A DNA stretch of 64,000 nt, from the NCBI GenBank assembly GCA_964057225.1, contig OZ059897.1, positions 14,446,001 to 14,510,000 on the forward strand, given 5' to 3'. The notes below the pieces were generated by a model, which saw nothing but the letters and a program-made list of their open reading frames with translations, had not been told where the DNA came from and searched no databases. Positions 41,601 to 56,509 of the stretch are shown piece after piece. Positions within the stretch are counted from its first letter, which is position 1; each line of letters begins with the position of its first letter. The stretch is from Auanema rhodensis. Its lineage: Eukaryota > Animalia > Nematoda. A program made the translations under genes and the position numbers.

Positions 41601-43235
41601 CATTGAAACTATAAATAGTAATGACTTTTAAAACGATCATGAAAGAAACTTTAAGAAAAAAAAGGAAAAACTTGAGTTTTATGGTTCAAGAGAGCACAAA
41701 ATTCAAAATTAAAGTAACAAGTAATATCTTGTTCAAAGCGCATGAATTATATTGTCAAAATGATTTGTGAAAGGGGTTTCGAGTTGAAGATGAAGCAGTT
41801 GAACGCTGAGTTTGTTTCCGCTAAATCTTATTTGGTAACCTTAGGGCCCAATCGAGCATCAAAAAATGAAATAAATGGTATATATAGTGCAAATGTGAGA
41901 GAGTTAAGAAAACTAGAAACAGAAAGAGAGAGAAAAAGAAAGGAAAGGGGAGAAAGGGAGAAAAGGGAAAGGGAAAGGAGAAAAGAAGAAAGTAAAGAAA
42001 AGATGTAGAAAAGTATATCAGAGGGAGATAGAAAGAGAAAGAGAGAGAGAGAAAAGGAAGGAAGGTACTTTAGCAAGCAATCATGGTCATATGCAGTTGA
42101 ACTTGAAGAAGTGACCTCTCATTCTTATTCCTGCTCTTCTTTTCCTTCGTTTCTCGTTGCCTCTGCTTTTACTATGTTTCTACTTCAAAGAACAAACCAT
42201 GAACTTGGCGAATAAGTTCAGATTAGTTTGAATTAAAACGTAAAATTCAAATTTTAGGAAAAAACAAAATATAGCTTGTAAAAAGTTGAGCTGAGAAATT
42301 GATCAGAAATGAATTTAATTGAATAACATCTAGGGCTTTTTAATGAAAATTTCTTGGAACTATTTAATACAATATGATTATTCAAGCTTTCAAATATCGC
42401 AATTAATTAAGAAATAAAAAATTATGGAAATAAAGAAACATACCCTTGTTCGTTTAACTGACCCCATATATAAGGGAAAGAATGAATATTCCTAATAACT
42501 TTAACTAGATGAACAATACTAAGTATAATCAGATAAACCAGTGTTATGATTAGATTAGTTGTGCAAGTTAGAGATTCACTATGTGCTAGCAATTCTATGT
42601 GAATCACAGGTACGGAAGCTCAAAGTGCGTCTATCACTTCTATCTGTCTCTCTGCTGTTTTGATTCACTGTCGCCTTCGTTGGCTTTAATAGATCCGGTT
42701 CAGGTTATTACTTTTTCTGGTACGATTTGAACAAAAATGGTTTTGGCTAATAGAGCCTAGATCATACCATTATATAATACAAATAAACTTGAAGTCATAA
42801 CTGATACGAATAACTAAACTCGTATGAAAGCTCAACGAAGCTGGTGATGATGAAAGCAGGGGGAATGACAAAGAAATGGAGAGCAGATATGAAGTTCACG
42901 ATGCCACATACACAATCACACTGGCTAGAGAGAGAATAAGACAGACACGAGTATCTATCGGGTATGAATGTGTATATGGGATGCGTGGATCGGCTAATGG
43001 GATTCAGAAGCTCTCCTCTGAAGAATTTGAATGACCCAATGGATGGCTTTGAGCTGACTGCCAGAATGGATAAGGCCACCGATCTCAGGGCGAGAAGATG
43101 ATAGGAAAACCCTCTGTAAGAGGTAGAGCAAAAAGAAGAAGAGTAATGAAAAGTATGATGGATTGTTAGAGACTGAGATCCATCGAAAGGTGATGTTGTA
43201 GAGAGAAAATTTTAGAAATAATTATGTGAAATGTA

Positions 43236-43241
43236 AGAGAA

Positions 43242-43327
<86 letters not shown>
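43236..43327. repeat. (GA)n microsatellite
   Basis: Near-perfect GA dinucleotide run of ~90 bp. Confidence 0.95.
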
Positions 43328-46300
43328 TATGGAGGTTGACCAGAAGACTAAAATAAGAGAGCGAAGAGGAGAAAGTATAGAAAAAGTAAATTCTTTTTTC
43401 AATCACTAGTCTTCTAAACCTTTTGTCAGCCGGGTGGTTCAAACCATTTTCTGCAAAATTAGCTTAATAGGCTCATGGAAGCTTTGGTCGATTTAGTCCT
43501 CGTTTTCAAGGAAATTTAAAATTAGAAAAACGAGCTAATAAAAGGATATAATGCTAAGTGTAAAATCATTGATCTTCAGAGTACTGTAAAATGTCACTTT
43601 GAAAATCTTTTTTTTCATCTCATTTTCCCTCTCGCCCTTTTAGCTCATTATATTATTTTCTTTAATGTCTTCCTATTCTCTTTGGAAGGTAAAAAAAAAC
43701 ATCAAGCAGATGTAAATGACAGAGATTCATAGTATATTTCGTTTGAAAAGACGTTTTAAGAGTGAGATGCTGTTCGTAAAAATGACAAGAATAAGACTGA
43801 GACTAGTCCATGGTAACATGATCGAAACTCTATATTCATCCCGAAGGTTGTTATGTGTTTGTGTATGTATATCAATCCATCTTCTTACCAAAAACGAGAG
43901 TTTAGAAAGGAAAAAGTAAAGAAAAGACAGGAGAAAACACGACAAAGAGGAAGACAATGAAAAAGAAATAATTTGTGTCTTTGGTGTATCGACAGTGAAA
44001 AAACGAAAAAGGAAAAGGTTGACTTCTATACGTTTTTGTAACTCTAACACTCAAATACGCAAATTATACGATCATATTATTATTTCATTTAATTACGATT
44101 TCTTCTGCTTCATTAAATTATACATATTATATCGATTTTATAAAATATATTTGAGAAATCCACAAATTTTTTTATATATAAATGTATATGACAAATACAT
44201 AGATAATCAATTTGTTGTATAAATAATAGTGAATATAATACTTTTTAAACTTTTTCTATTATAGTTGAATTAAGAAATGATAGTTTAATACAAAATGGTT
44301 TAAAGTGAGTTTATCATAAGAAGTGTGCACTATTACACGTTTTGAGCACAAGCTTTTCAATGAAGAGGAGCAGCATAAAGATATACTAAGAGCACGAGTC
44401 AAGCGAACAATCTTAGCGGGACCAATTATCTCGGAAAAATATTATAATTGTTCTAGGTTTGGAAACGAAATTCAGCCTGGATTCGAGTATAGTGAGACAG
44501 CATAAGTGAGAAAAGAATTAGATAGATAGATATGTAGATAGAGAAATGAATTGAATAAAAGAGAAATGGTTAGAGCGTACAATTATGAGAGAAACAACCG
44601 CTCGATCCGCTTCACGTAATCAAAATGAAAATTCACGTGGCGACTCGTCAGTGCATGACCTTTCATATGTTTATTCGGTGTGGAGAGTTTCAGCATAAAT
44701 TTGTCAGTGGTGAAGTTATAGCAACAGAACTTAGATAAATAAGTTTTAAACCAAAATTTGAAAATTTATTTTGTAAGAAAATATATGAAAAGAGTAAAGG
44801 AGAGCAAGTGAAGAAAAAAAATGAATAATATATGAAATAGGAATCAGTGTAAAGCCTCATTAGTTCAATCTCTGACATAGAAAAACAATAATTACGTCTT
44901 TTAAAGCTCATCTTCCATTGAAGTTTTCAATTTCTAATAGTAACGATATTTCTTATTGATACGAGAAGAAAGAGGAAGAAACTCCACTCCTTGAAAAAGC
45001 GAAACAAAAAAAAGATGAAATACTGTCTTTCTTGAAGCTTGTTTACATTTTTAAAACATCATTATAATTAAACTAATAAAGAAAAAAAATCATTCAAATA
45101 TATAAGATAGATGAAACAGATGAATGAAGGAAAACCTATATTTTCGTAAGCTATATACTTAAAAAATACTAAAATATTGTTAATTATAATTAAAAATAAT
45201 TAATTATTACTATAAATAATAGTTGACACATGTTATATTAGCAATAATCAATTATTTATATATATAGTTAAATACAAAAAAAAGAAGATTATAGTTAACT
45301 GGTTAAATGCAGTAATTATAATCTTTTTTTTTTCTCCGAAAAAATGTGTTCACTATGTATTTCATTGAACAGTTGAATATCGTTCAAACTGCTGTAATGT
45401 TTGAAGCATTCCCATCAGACATAATGACAAATGCCATGAGTACGTTAGCAACGTATAAAAATTACTTCGAACATCAGTTTACAAAATTGAATTTCTTATT
45501 ACAATCATAAAACAAAAGTGTTGCTCTTAGAAAATCAAAAAATACTTTTAATTTTAACTTAACATTATATATTATATATATATATATATATAATTTTAAG
45601 TAAAAATATAAAAAAGTTAACATATTTTCAATACATACACATACATGTAATGGATAAAACTTGAATACTCATGTTCAATATAAAAACTTGAGACAAGAAG
45701 ACTTTGAAGACTTCAGAAAACAAAAAAATCAAAAAATTTATATGTGATTACGCCACATAAACGGAATTGACTACATTCTTCAAGAGAATAAAGTGAGAAG
45801 GAACGAAAAGTGGAAAAAGAGGTGTAGAATAAGGAGGACGACTCCAACGGCGCTGTGTGCTCCCTTGAGGGAAACAAATTGTTGGTGGCCTCACTTCTTG
45901 CCGTGTGTCTTATCCTTCTTCGTCATATCTTGGTTGGCCTCTTCAAAGCTTATCCCCCTCTCTTTCATTTTCCACTCTATTCATCAAAGCTATCTATATA
46001 ATGTAGATTCGGTATCTACTATATATATATATATAGATATACATATGTAAATAATTATTTTTAAATAAAATAGTTAATATATTTAGTATAACTAGTTAAA
46101 GGGCAAAGGAAGTAAAATATATTTTTCAACATCTATTTTGTCGACTAAAGCATACACATATCCTTAAAACGTATTGTTAACAATATAAGATATTTAAGTT
46201 AACTATATCAGTGAATATACGTAATAGTAGGAATATATGTAAAATTCAAAATAACATTTTGAAACTTTTAAAAGCAGTTCTCAAAGTTATACTAGCTAGT

Positions 46301-49053
46301 TGACAAAGTCAACACATCATCCCATGCCATTATTTCCTTTCTCGTCATTTTCATGTAGCAAGTTCATCGACAGATGCTATTCATCTTTCTTTTTAAAAGC
46401 TGAAAAGGATAAGACAACGAGAGAAACTGATGGAGACAGAGAGGTGAATGAGCCAGTACAAGAGAAAGAAAGAGAAACACATAGAGAAACACATAGAGAA
46501 GAACACAAAGAAAGGATGGGAAAAGAAAGTTAGATATCTACTGATTGAGATTTGAAAGTACTAGATTACTTACTTACTTCTTCTAAGTAATAACATAAAA
46601 CAAGACACATCAAATAATTCTATTTTTGGGTTCTGCAAACTAGACCTTTATAGATAGGTTTTTTTTTCAAAATTTAGCTATTTATCTCAAAAGCACAGAT
46701 AGTTCAACTTTTACAGTTTTCTAAATTCACATAATTTGGAAACGATTAGGACAAGACGCTCAAATTAATGATTTAGGAAAATCAGTTCAAGTTAACTTGG
46801 AGTATTTCTTGCAAAGTAGAAACTATTTATTTGAAATTTCAAACAAAATTTTTAAAGAATTAGAAAGAAAAGTTTCGTAACAAAAATATAATATTATTGT
46901 TCGTAAATTATAATTTGTTATAAAAATTAAAAATTGACTGATGGATTTAATGGCTTGTAAAAGGGTATATTATATATATATTTATATATATAGAATATAG
47001 AAAGGATTAAGTAAAAGTACGAAACTAAGAAAAGAAATTGAAAAGAAAGAAGAAAGTATGAAGTAGTAGATGACCCAGACTTGGATAGAGAGAACAGAAG
47101 ATAATGAAAGAAAGGTGTCTGAGAGGAGAAAAGATAAAAATGAAAAAAGAAACAGATCGAAAAGCTGAACTGATCAAAGGCGACTATCAGATGAGTGATC
47201 ACATTACTTTCTTTCTCTTCCCTCTTCTCAATATTGAAAGTTTGCAGAAAGAGACAAAAAATGTTAGAAAAACGTACTGAAAAGTAAAAATTAAAAGGAG
47301 GAGCTAAGAGCGAAGGTCAAGATAATCAGCTCTCAACCCAGACCTACAAGACTAAGTATCCTCAATTCGATTTGACGGATCAGGAATTATATATTTTGAC
47401 AGCTTTACACAATCTTCTGTTTATCAATCTTTATAAATTCATTTCATTTCGAACTTGTCTTGTTAGTCATACATGCCCTAAGGCTGATGAGCTTTCAACA
47501 TTTCTTACTTAAGTGTATATGATTTATTAGGTTTTCTTATCCTCCATAGATATCAATCTTTCACATCTATTTCAATTGAACAATTGTTCTTCTATTTCTT
47601 AAGTAAAATATAATAAAGAAGAATAGATTATTTACTATAAATTATATAACTTAACGATACCATTTTACTAACAAAATGAAGTAAAAATAGGCATGAAAAT
47701 AATAATAATTTATAGTTAATTAACCAGAATATTATATAAATGATAGAAACTATTTTCTCATTTCTATATTAAGCCTTTTTTTTAAATATATAACTATAAC
47801 TATTTACAAAAGTTATAAAATCTTTATATATATATATATATATATATATAATTTGTTGTTTTTGAAAACTTTGATTAACTTTTAAACTTAGTTTAATTCA
47901 AATAGACTACCTGCTGAGTATTGCAAATCTAAGTAAAAGATTCATTTGAATTCAACAAATGAAAAGAAAAACCAATTTAAAAAATGAATAGAAAAAACTT
48001 CTACGATTAGTAGAAGTAATTGAAAGCAGTTAATATAATATGATGTTACTAACTTTATATAAAAATCAAAGAAATGCAAATAGAAATTGAACAAATCATT
48101 TAATATTATAAGAATATCTATTATGATAACTGATTTATAAATTTACTAAATGATACATATTTAAATAAAAAAAAATAAAATTAACGTTATATGATTTGCA
48201 TAATCAGTTTTATAAAGAAGATGAAACATACAAAAAAAATACAGAAACAAGCTCAAGTAAAATAAAATTATATGAAAGAAAGATTCATGAATGAAATCTG
48301 ATGGCAATTATTATAGATTATTAGTATTATACTATTGAAGTTATTGGTAAAATTAATAGTTGAATACTATGTTTGAACAGAAAAAAGCTTTAAGTGAAGG
48401 AAGATTAAGATTACTTTCAGCCTTTTTCTCATATTCCGTTTTGTGTTCGTTCTGCTATGAATGAACGAACGAGCAGAATAATGATGTTCCATTTCGTAAT
48501 CTGAACTCAAACTAATATGTGAAGAGTTCACATTTATTTTTATAATTGTATTACGAGAACTTATGGGAGATGAACAACAGTGTGAGAGAGAGAAGGAGGG
48601 AATATGTGGTAGAAAGAGAGAGATTGAACAGATGGATAAGAAGAAGATTGGTAGAGAGGAATATAGATAGTCCTAGACACTTATTACACACAGAAGCGGA
48701 TAAAATGAAAAACTAAGGTAATGATGGAAGATGAGATAGATAGATGGAGAGGTATTAAGAAAGGCTAGAATATGACGCTGAACTCAAGATGTGACAACTC
48801 AACCTCCGATGTTTTCGGATCAAATTCATCATTTTAGCAGTTTAATATCTGGAGTTTGACGTTTAATATATTGAACCAAAAGGAAAATTAGAAAGAGAAA
48901 GAATAAGAAAGTATTACATAGTCAAATGTAGTTTGCTTATTAAATGAATTAAATAAGAACTAACCATCAGATTTTATATATGAATAGTTTGGTTGAGAAA
49001 AAAAGACAAAGAGAATGAGTAAAGGTTTGAATAGAAAAGCGAGGGAGAAGGGA

Positions 49054-49055
<2 letters not shown>

Positions 49056-49115
<60 letters not shown>
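49056..49115. repeat. (GA)n microsatellite
   Basis: GA dinucleotide run of ~60 bp. Confidence 0.95.
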
Positions 49116-51485
49116 TAAAGAAAAGAAATGACAAAACTACGAAATAGCATGACCAAAAGGGAAACAAACTCAATATAGAAATATTAAATTCAAACTTCTA
49201 CTGATGGATGACATTTAAGCTTATGGCTGATGCAATTATTAAAAAGTAACAACATGTAAAATAGAACTAAAGACAAATTGTTGGAAGTATTAGAAAAGCT
49301 TTTAATAGTTCTAATTCAGTTTAAATTCTTTACATTTGCCACTTATGATTTTTGAATTCAGAAAGAACAATAGCATTATAAATGTTCTTTTAACTAAGAG
49401 ACCAAACTAAAGAGATCTTGAAACTCCCGTTTATTCAATTTAATGTTGGAAATACATTTAAAGCATTTTCAGATTTCGGCTTTTAAAAATTTTAAAAGAG
49501 TATGTTACTGCAGATATTGGGAAATAGTAGAAAAAATGTTCAAACTTTTGTCTTCTACGACATTTTTTATTGTTTTATCGAGAGAAAAAAAACATTTTTC
49601 TCTCTCCAATTTCATTCAACGTACTGAATTTTAAAAGTTTATAACGAACTTCTTAACTGTAAATAATCCTTTGGGTTCAACATAGGAAAGAATAACTAAC
49701 AAGAGTTCAGTTTTTGTTTGCTTGGAGTTTAAGAAAAGCGTTGAAGTAAGTGTGAAGTAAAAAAAAGAAAATGATATTTGAGAAAGGGAATCAGAAGTGG
49801 AAGACATTGATGATGACAAGAGCGGAAAACTATAGAAAAAAAGTTGAAAGTGATGCCTAATCATCATTTGGTTAAAGGAGTACGTGAATGTCACACTGCT
49901 TTAACTATATATTCTTCATTCTCTTTATCTTTCTCTCTTCTCTTTCTTTATCTACCACTCAACTTCCAGCGTATCTATTGCTTTTAAAACTGTTTATCCG
50001 TTTTCGAAAAGATCATATTTCATTTTAGAGACACGGTTGACGAAACAAAGAGCAAGAAGGTGAGTAGTAAAACCTAAAACCAGGAGGCCAAGAAGCAACT
50101 GATCCTGAGAAGTTCCTTTTATCAGTTTATAATAATTACAAAAAGAATTTTATAGACAATTATATTGATATATATATAGTTAGATATAACTATATATATA
50201 GTTATATATAACTACATATAATACTCATATATGTATAAACTTCCCCGAAACAACTATTTAGCATGAGCCGACAATTAAATGAAGACAATTGAAAGCAAAA
50301 TAGCAAATTATCACAAGCGGGACCTTCTCGATCTGGAAGCTCATAGTCTTCACATCAACAAATTCTTTTTCAAACACTATTTTGGTTGAAATTTCTTGAA
50401 ATGTTGTCAAGATGTATGATGACTTGGTTAGAAAGGCAGAAAAAAGCTTACAGGAGCAAAGGTTAGCGTTGCTTCAAATAAACGTAAAGAAGAAGAAATA
50501 TAGAGAAAAAGAAAAGGAGACATAGAATTAGAAGATGCATCCACAAATCAAAGTCGTTGATTGTTTTGGTAAACTATATTCCGATCAAAGAAATGATATG
50601 AGGACGAGGAGCAAGAAAGTTTCCCTATATAGGACAGACGATTGATAAATGAACTTCTCAATGTACGATTGATGGAGAAAAAAATTAAAACAATTGTCGC
50701 CGTATGATGTTTCAATTCATATCTCTATATATATGATTTCTCCTGAATTTCTTGTTCTAAAACGTTTTTAAGCATTTCCGAATAGCATTTGACTTACAAG
50801 AGAAGAAGAGAAACTCAAGAAAGAGAGAAAGAGATAGAGAGAGAATGTAAAAAGTGTCAGATAAAGATGAGATCGCGGCTATGCCCTCAAGCTACAACAA
50901 TGCATATAGATAAAGCTTGCAAAGTAGTAGCACACACACATCCCTTATTACGTGAGTGGGTCCATTACCCGGACAAGCCGAAAAGGCAGCAACATGATTT
51001 CTCACGATATATTTTAAGATTCTAACAAGGCAAGGCTATTTTATGCTTTATATGTAAACTAGAGCATGCAAGAATTTTAAAGTTTGAAGAAAAAACAAAC
51101 AACTGAACATCAACATTTGCAAAATCATATCGCAGAAAAAGAAAAAAAATTACTTCTTTCTTCTCATACTCATGTCAAACGTAATGCTCAAATTTAAAAA
51201 TCACAACAATGTTGATCATGATCAATTGCCAGATGCAATTTTATAAACAAATCATCTAACATCATCTGGTTAACTAATTCATATCTGTCTTTTCAAGCTG
51301 CAGTTGTCCGAAAGTTTTGTTTAAGATTACTTTTTGAAAAACCACAAAGAAGCGATTAACTGAGTAGAAATGTTATTACATCTTCAACTATATCTTGTAA
51401 AATTATCAAAAACATTGCTTGTTATTTTAAAAAAAAAATGTTGTTATAGACAGAAATTATAAGAAAATTAAAATTAAAATCGTAC

Positions 51486-51754
51486 CGTTTTTCGATCAGC
51501 AAATGTGCTCTCGTCGTAAAACATTCGAACAGAAGATCTGAAAAAAAAAAGTCTTTAGCATATACAAAGCAGAACAAAAGTTAAAAATTATAGATAATTG
51601 AAATAAACAAAAAATAAATACAAATATAAGATAGAATATATAGAATTTCAATAAATATTGACCTCTTTCGTGCCGATCGCGAAAATCCACGATCTGAATA
51701 TCTGTCTGAAGATGTAACTGAGCCATCATCATCATGAATAGATAAATAATCCAT
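51486..51754 (-). CDS. Upstream N-terminal exons of the Shaw channel (51754-51663, 51537-51486)
   Basis: A TTTTCAG acceptor lies directly before the ATG. The two exons splice to MDYLSIHDDDGSVTSSDRYSDRGFSRSARKRSSVRMFYDESTFADRKT and end in phase 0, in frame with the T1 exon at 38695. Confidence 0.7.
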
Positions 51755-54700
51755 CTGAAAAAAAAGATTAAAGTAGCCTAATAAACATTTTTTTTCAAAA
51801 ATACAAAAAAAATAAAATCAATATCAAGTGCAAGGATGAATATATTAATTGAAATATACACACTTGCTAATTTGATAATTAATAATTTGATTAAAAAAAC
51901 ATTGAAATCTACAAATTTTTTTTGAATAATAACCTGACAAATTTCTACTTCATTCGAAAAGTGCTTAATCACGTTGGTTAAAGGTCGAAATTGGTCCAAA
52001 GAATTGCAAAAAAACGGTGGTAAGTCATTTCCTCGAAAAGGCGGAAAAAGATTAACAGACGAGCAGGAAAAATGACAAATGATTTCTCTTAATGGGAGAT
52101 TTCGGGTTCTGATCACGATGCACTGATGTTGGAAAGTTGTGTATCTCAGAGTGAAGTTAAGAAGAACAATTAATTTTATTTTTGAAAGAAAAGATTAGAA
52201 GCAGGAACTTCAATGACACTGTATGGATTTAGCAGAAATAAGTCAAATGTATAAGTATCATTAAACCAGACAATTTTTTTTGAAAAAAAAGGGAAAATTT
52301 TCCTAAAAATTTGGCAACATTCGTGAGGACTTTGGCGATGTAGCAGTTAAAACTGATGAAACAGCTCAGAATTTCGTATGTACATTTACATTTGATAATT
52401 GAGTTCTTGTGTCTCAACGAGCTATAAACGAAAGATAGAGGTTTAGGGAAAACCGGTAAATTCAGCTTTCACGCCTTCTGAAAGATGATATTTTCACTTT
52501 TTCTCTTTAGCTCATGGGTTTTGTATCGTTTTCGTCCAATCTATCTCTCCTACTCTCTCTTTATATGTCAATCCCACTGTCTCTTTCTCATTCTCTCTTC
52601 AAATTATTCACTTTTTCTGAAGCTTTTCAATTTTTATTATATGTATTTATGATCAATACATAAATATTATGTATAATATGCTTTGAAACATATTCTGATT
52701 TTCAATATCAAAATACACGTGTCTCTCTTTCTCTCTCTCTCTTCTGACTATTTCATTATTAAGATTATCATCAACATAATGTTACATTAAAATAATGTTT
52801 GTACATAATGAAATGTTGTTAATTAAATGTTTGAATACGATGCAATTCGAACTATCAAATTAGATCAAAACTAATATTCATTATGTAACAGAATGCTCAA
52901 ACTAAACTGAGAAATCAGACACGTTATTTGACTGACGGAAGGTTAATGTTTTCAAACTTTCTCTTCCATATAAGGACATGTTTTTATGTGAAACTTTATA
53001 TGGCAGTAAAATGATAATTAAAATCTTTAATTTTTTATTTTTTTTAACTCTACAATATTTCTAAAGATACTTTTAAAATGATTCTTCTCAATATCGAATA
53101 TGGATATAAAACTCTATTTGTTAAATGCAACCGCACTAAAGTCTACTTAAAATTCAAAAATTTCAAAAGTGACGTATACTGGGGGGTGGGGAGAAACGTT
53201 CACGTGGAATTTAAATTAAGGATTGCTGGGCTTAAGAAACCCAAAAAGTTCACGTAGAACATGTGAAAAAGATAAAAACTATAGAGATGTTAAAGAACCA
53301 AATGAAGCTTTAGATAGATAGAAGATTCAAATATTCTATACAATGTAAATTAATTTAAATTTGATTAATATTTTATAATAAGTTAAGGACAACATACTTA
53401 TCATAATCTTTGAACTTGAAATAACAAATACAATGTTTCTGACAAATGAATTGTAACAACAAACGACTCGTTTGAAAGAATATGAATAGAAGTCACTCAG
53501 AGAATAAGGTCTACTTTGAATTCTTTTCCCTAAGTTTAGCCTAGCTTTCTTGAGTTCATTGTTCAAAACGTCGGACTATACGTCTCGCGGTGGTCGTTCC
53601 GATCATCATTTCAACCTTCTGCTTGGTCGCCAGGAGAAGTGATTGAGACGGACTTAAGGAAGAATACGAGACCAAATCAAAATGACGAAGAGAAAGCAAA
53701 GCTTTCGTATGAGTATAAATGAGCCAACAAAGCTTAAAACAAAGAGTAGAGATATTAAAAGAATGTTAGAAAATTATGAATTAGACTAAACATAAATATT
53801 AGCTTGGTTGAGGAAGAAAATTATTTTGATGGTAACCATGACTATCAGAGTTATAACTAGTAGTATAGGAAAGAGAATCTGAGGAAACATACTAAAATTT
53901 GAATTCTGAATAGTCAAAGCATATATGTGACGACAACTGTCATCACTTCGAATCATCTTATGAGCATAAATTGCTTTTAGGGTTGCAAAAGATGCCAAGA
54001 AAAAAAACAAAGAACGGCTAAGAGATCTTTTGATGAGTCTAGACGAAGACCGATCGCCAAGTCACAAAATCATTTCATTGAGTTGTTGGCCCAACAACGA
54101 ATCTGAAGAACAGCAACAGAAGATAACAGCACAATAAGCTCAGATGGGAGAAAAACGAGATGAATCTGATGAAGCTTTGTGACCAGAAGCAAATCAAAAG
54201 AGGGCATAGATGATGAGAGAGAGAGAGAGCCCGAACTCGACTCAAAGAAAAAAGCCAATTAAGACTGAGCAAGCATTGTCGTAACTGTCTATTCAAAAAT
54301 CCTTCGGCAAGGAACACAATCACAATATTATGTAAGGCAACTCGTTAAACTTCAATGATGCATAGAGAATGACTGAATAGCATACGAATAGGCTGAGAAC
54401 TGATAAATAAAATTCTTAGATTTTTTGCAGAATATTCGCAGCTTTGATAAGCTTTAATGTTGTTTATGTACTTACGAATTATACAATTGATTCTCAGAAT
54501 GATTGACAGGAAATTGATCAAATCTAAATGATTTTTGAGCTTTTTAACATTATGTTTTATAAAATAAACGGAAGGATATAAAGTATTCACTTGAGATATC
54601 ATTGGTCAACTGAATATCTCCCAAAAAAAAATAAATGCTGAGAATATTTATAAAAAAAGAGAAAGAAACTAAAAATGGACATGAGCTGAGAGAAAAAAAT

Positions 54701-54878
54701 TCATTGGGTTCAAATTGATTTAAAATTAAGGAAAGTTGCGTGCCATAAAAGGTCATCAGGCTAGAGATGCAAATGCAAGCAGTTTCAGATGGTTTACTGC
54801 GTCGAATTCAACGCATTCTATTAGTCTGTATTAGCCACTAGGAAGTCTAATGTTTAGTCCGAAAAACACAAAACTCAC

Positions 54879-55093
54879 GTATTGCAGACTGGTTCCGGAC
54901 ATCTTCTTATCCGAGATAAACGAGGCTGATGAAGGCGGTGGAATTGATGTCTGAGGTGTTGGTTGGCCTGGCGACGTCGCCAGTCCCGCATCTGAAGACA
55001 CGGAGACGACGGAAGCCACCGGTCGCCCGGCAGACGTGACGGAAATGAGCACGTCAGCCAGGGTGAATTGAGCGGAAGACGAATCAGGAGTAG
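54879..55093 (-). CDS. GC-rich Ser/Pro-rich candidate far-upstream Shaw exon
   Basis: GC island with a CTCCAG acceptor and a strong TAC|GTGAGT donor. Open frame TPDSSSAQFTLADVLISVTSAGRPVAS...DKKMSGTSLQY ends in phase 0, compatible with both 51754 and 38695. Confidence 0.55.
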
Positions 55094-56450
55094 CTGGAGA
55101 AGTTAAATTCTTTTTTAATTTTATTCCAAATGCGACACAAATGACAATTGAACAATAAGTAAGCAGGTGTTAAATATATTAATTTAATTTTAATTAAACG
55201 AGGAAATGCTAAATCTGTACGTTTACAGGACATGACAAACCAAAATTATTTAAACTCTTGTATATTTCAGCAAAAATTGTTCCTTAAAGACAAAAAAAAG
55301 CAAGAGGAAAAATGATATTGAGAGAAGAAAGTCGGTTGATGAAAAAATGAAAAAAACGAGAATAGATAAGTTAAATTACAAGATTATAAAGACAACTGTG
55401 GAATAAAACAAAAACCATAATTGAATATAATGAAATTCAAAAAGGAAAAACTACAAACCAAAAATGGCACGAGCCAACTAATTGCACAAATTTCCATTAA
55501 ATCTAGCGCAAAGGGGCAAAGAAAATTAAAATGAAGACATTTCCAGTTTCATTAATCATCATTAATTTATAAACAAAACTTTTTAATTTAAATAATATAT
55601 ATTAAAAATATTTAATCTATATATAAATATATATGAATAGTCTAGGTATACTATGTTTATATATGGAAATAGAATATGAACGTGTGAAAATAGAAGAGAT
55701 CAAACTATAATTAACTAAGATACATATGTATGTCATTGTATTGTTTATTCTAAATATTATTTTGTGTTTTTGATTTGAAATAGTAATAGTAATAGTAGTA
55801 ATAAAACATTTTATTTATAAAATAAATAAAATTTTGCTGGAAAATTTGAAAAACAATGCAAAGCTATTGATGGATTTCTTATTTGAATCAGTCTTAAGAA
55901 CTTAATATGAAGTCAAGTTCTTAGTAAAGAAACGTAGAACAAAAGTTTTCTTCGGAATAGAATAGAATGCGAATGCCATCGAAATTTGAAGGGTCTTATA
56001 GTCGCATACAATTTCTGATTTCTAAAAGAGATTTCGGAGCAGCTCCATTTATTCATCTGAAATCTCTGAAGACTAAAAGATGAGATAATTACGAATTTTG
56101 TCCAAACGTAAAGTCTAATGAAAAGTTGAAATGATGTTTATTTCTGTAAGAGTTCTAGATGAAACCTATAATGACAATAGGATCGGGTTGATTTGAGAAT
56201 GAACTATTGGTATACAAAGCACAGAATATGAAGAAAATCTTTTTGAACCTTATGTCAAAGTTGATTTTGTTGAAAAAGAGATACAAGATACCTGAGAATG
56301 GGAATTTCACAAAGCTTAAGCTGGTGCCATCGAGAAGTTTTTGAAACGATAAGTTGTGGGAAGATTGACTGGTGACGTGAACAAGAGAATATGAATAAGA
56401 AGAATATTCCGAGAGATTATGAAGTATCCAGTAAGCGGAAAGCACAAATT

Positions 56451-56469
56451 GAAAGAGAGAGAGAAAGAG

Positions 56470-56506
<37 letters not shown>
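56451..56506. repeat. (GA)n microsatellite
   Basis: GA dinucleotide run with interruptions. Confidence 0.9.

Positions 56507-56509
<3 letters not shown>

Noticed and set aside
41742-49173. ORFs rich in SLSLSL/ERERE (41742, 41828, 43166, 43212, 48967, 48974; similar ones at 19379 and 61752)
   Set aside because: These are translations of GA/CT microsatellites with no splice or domain support.
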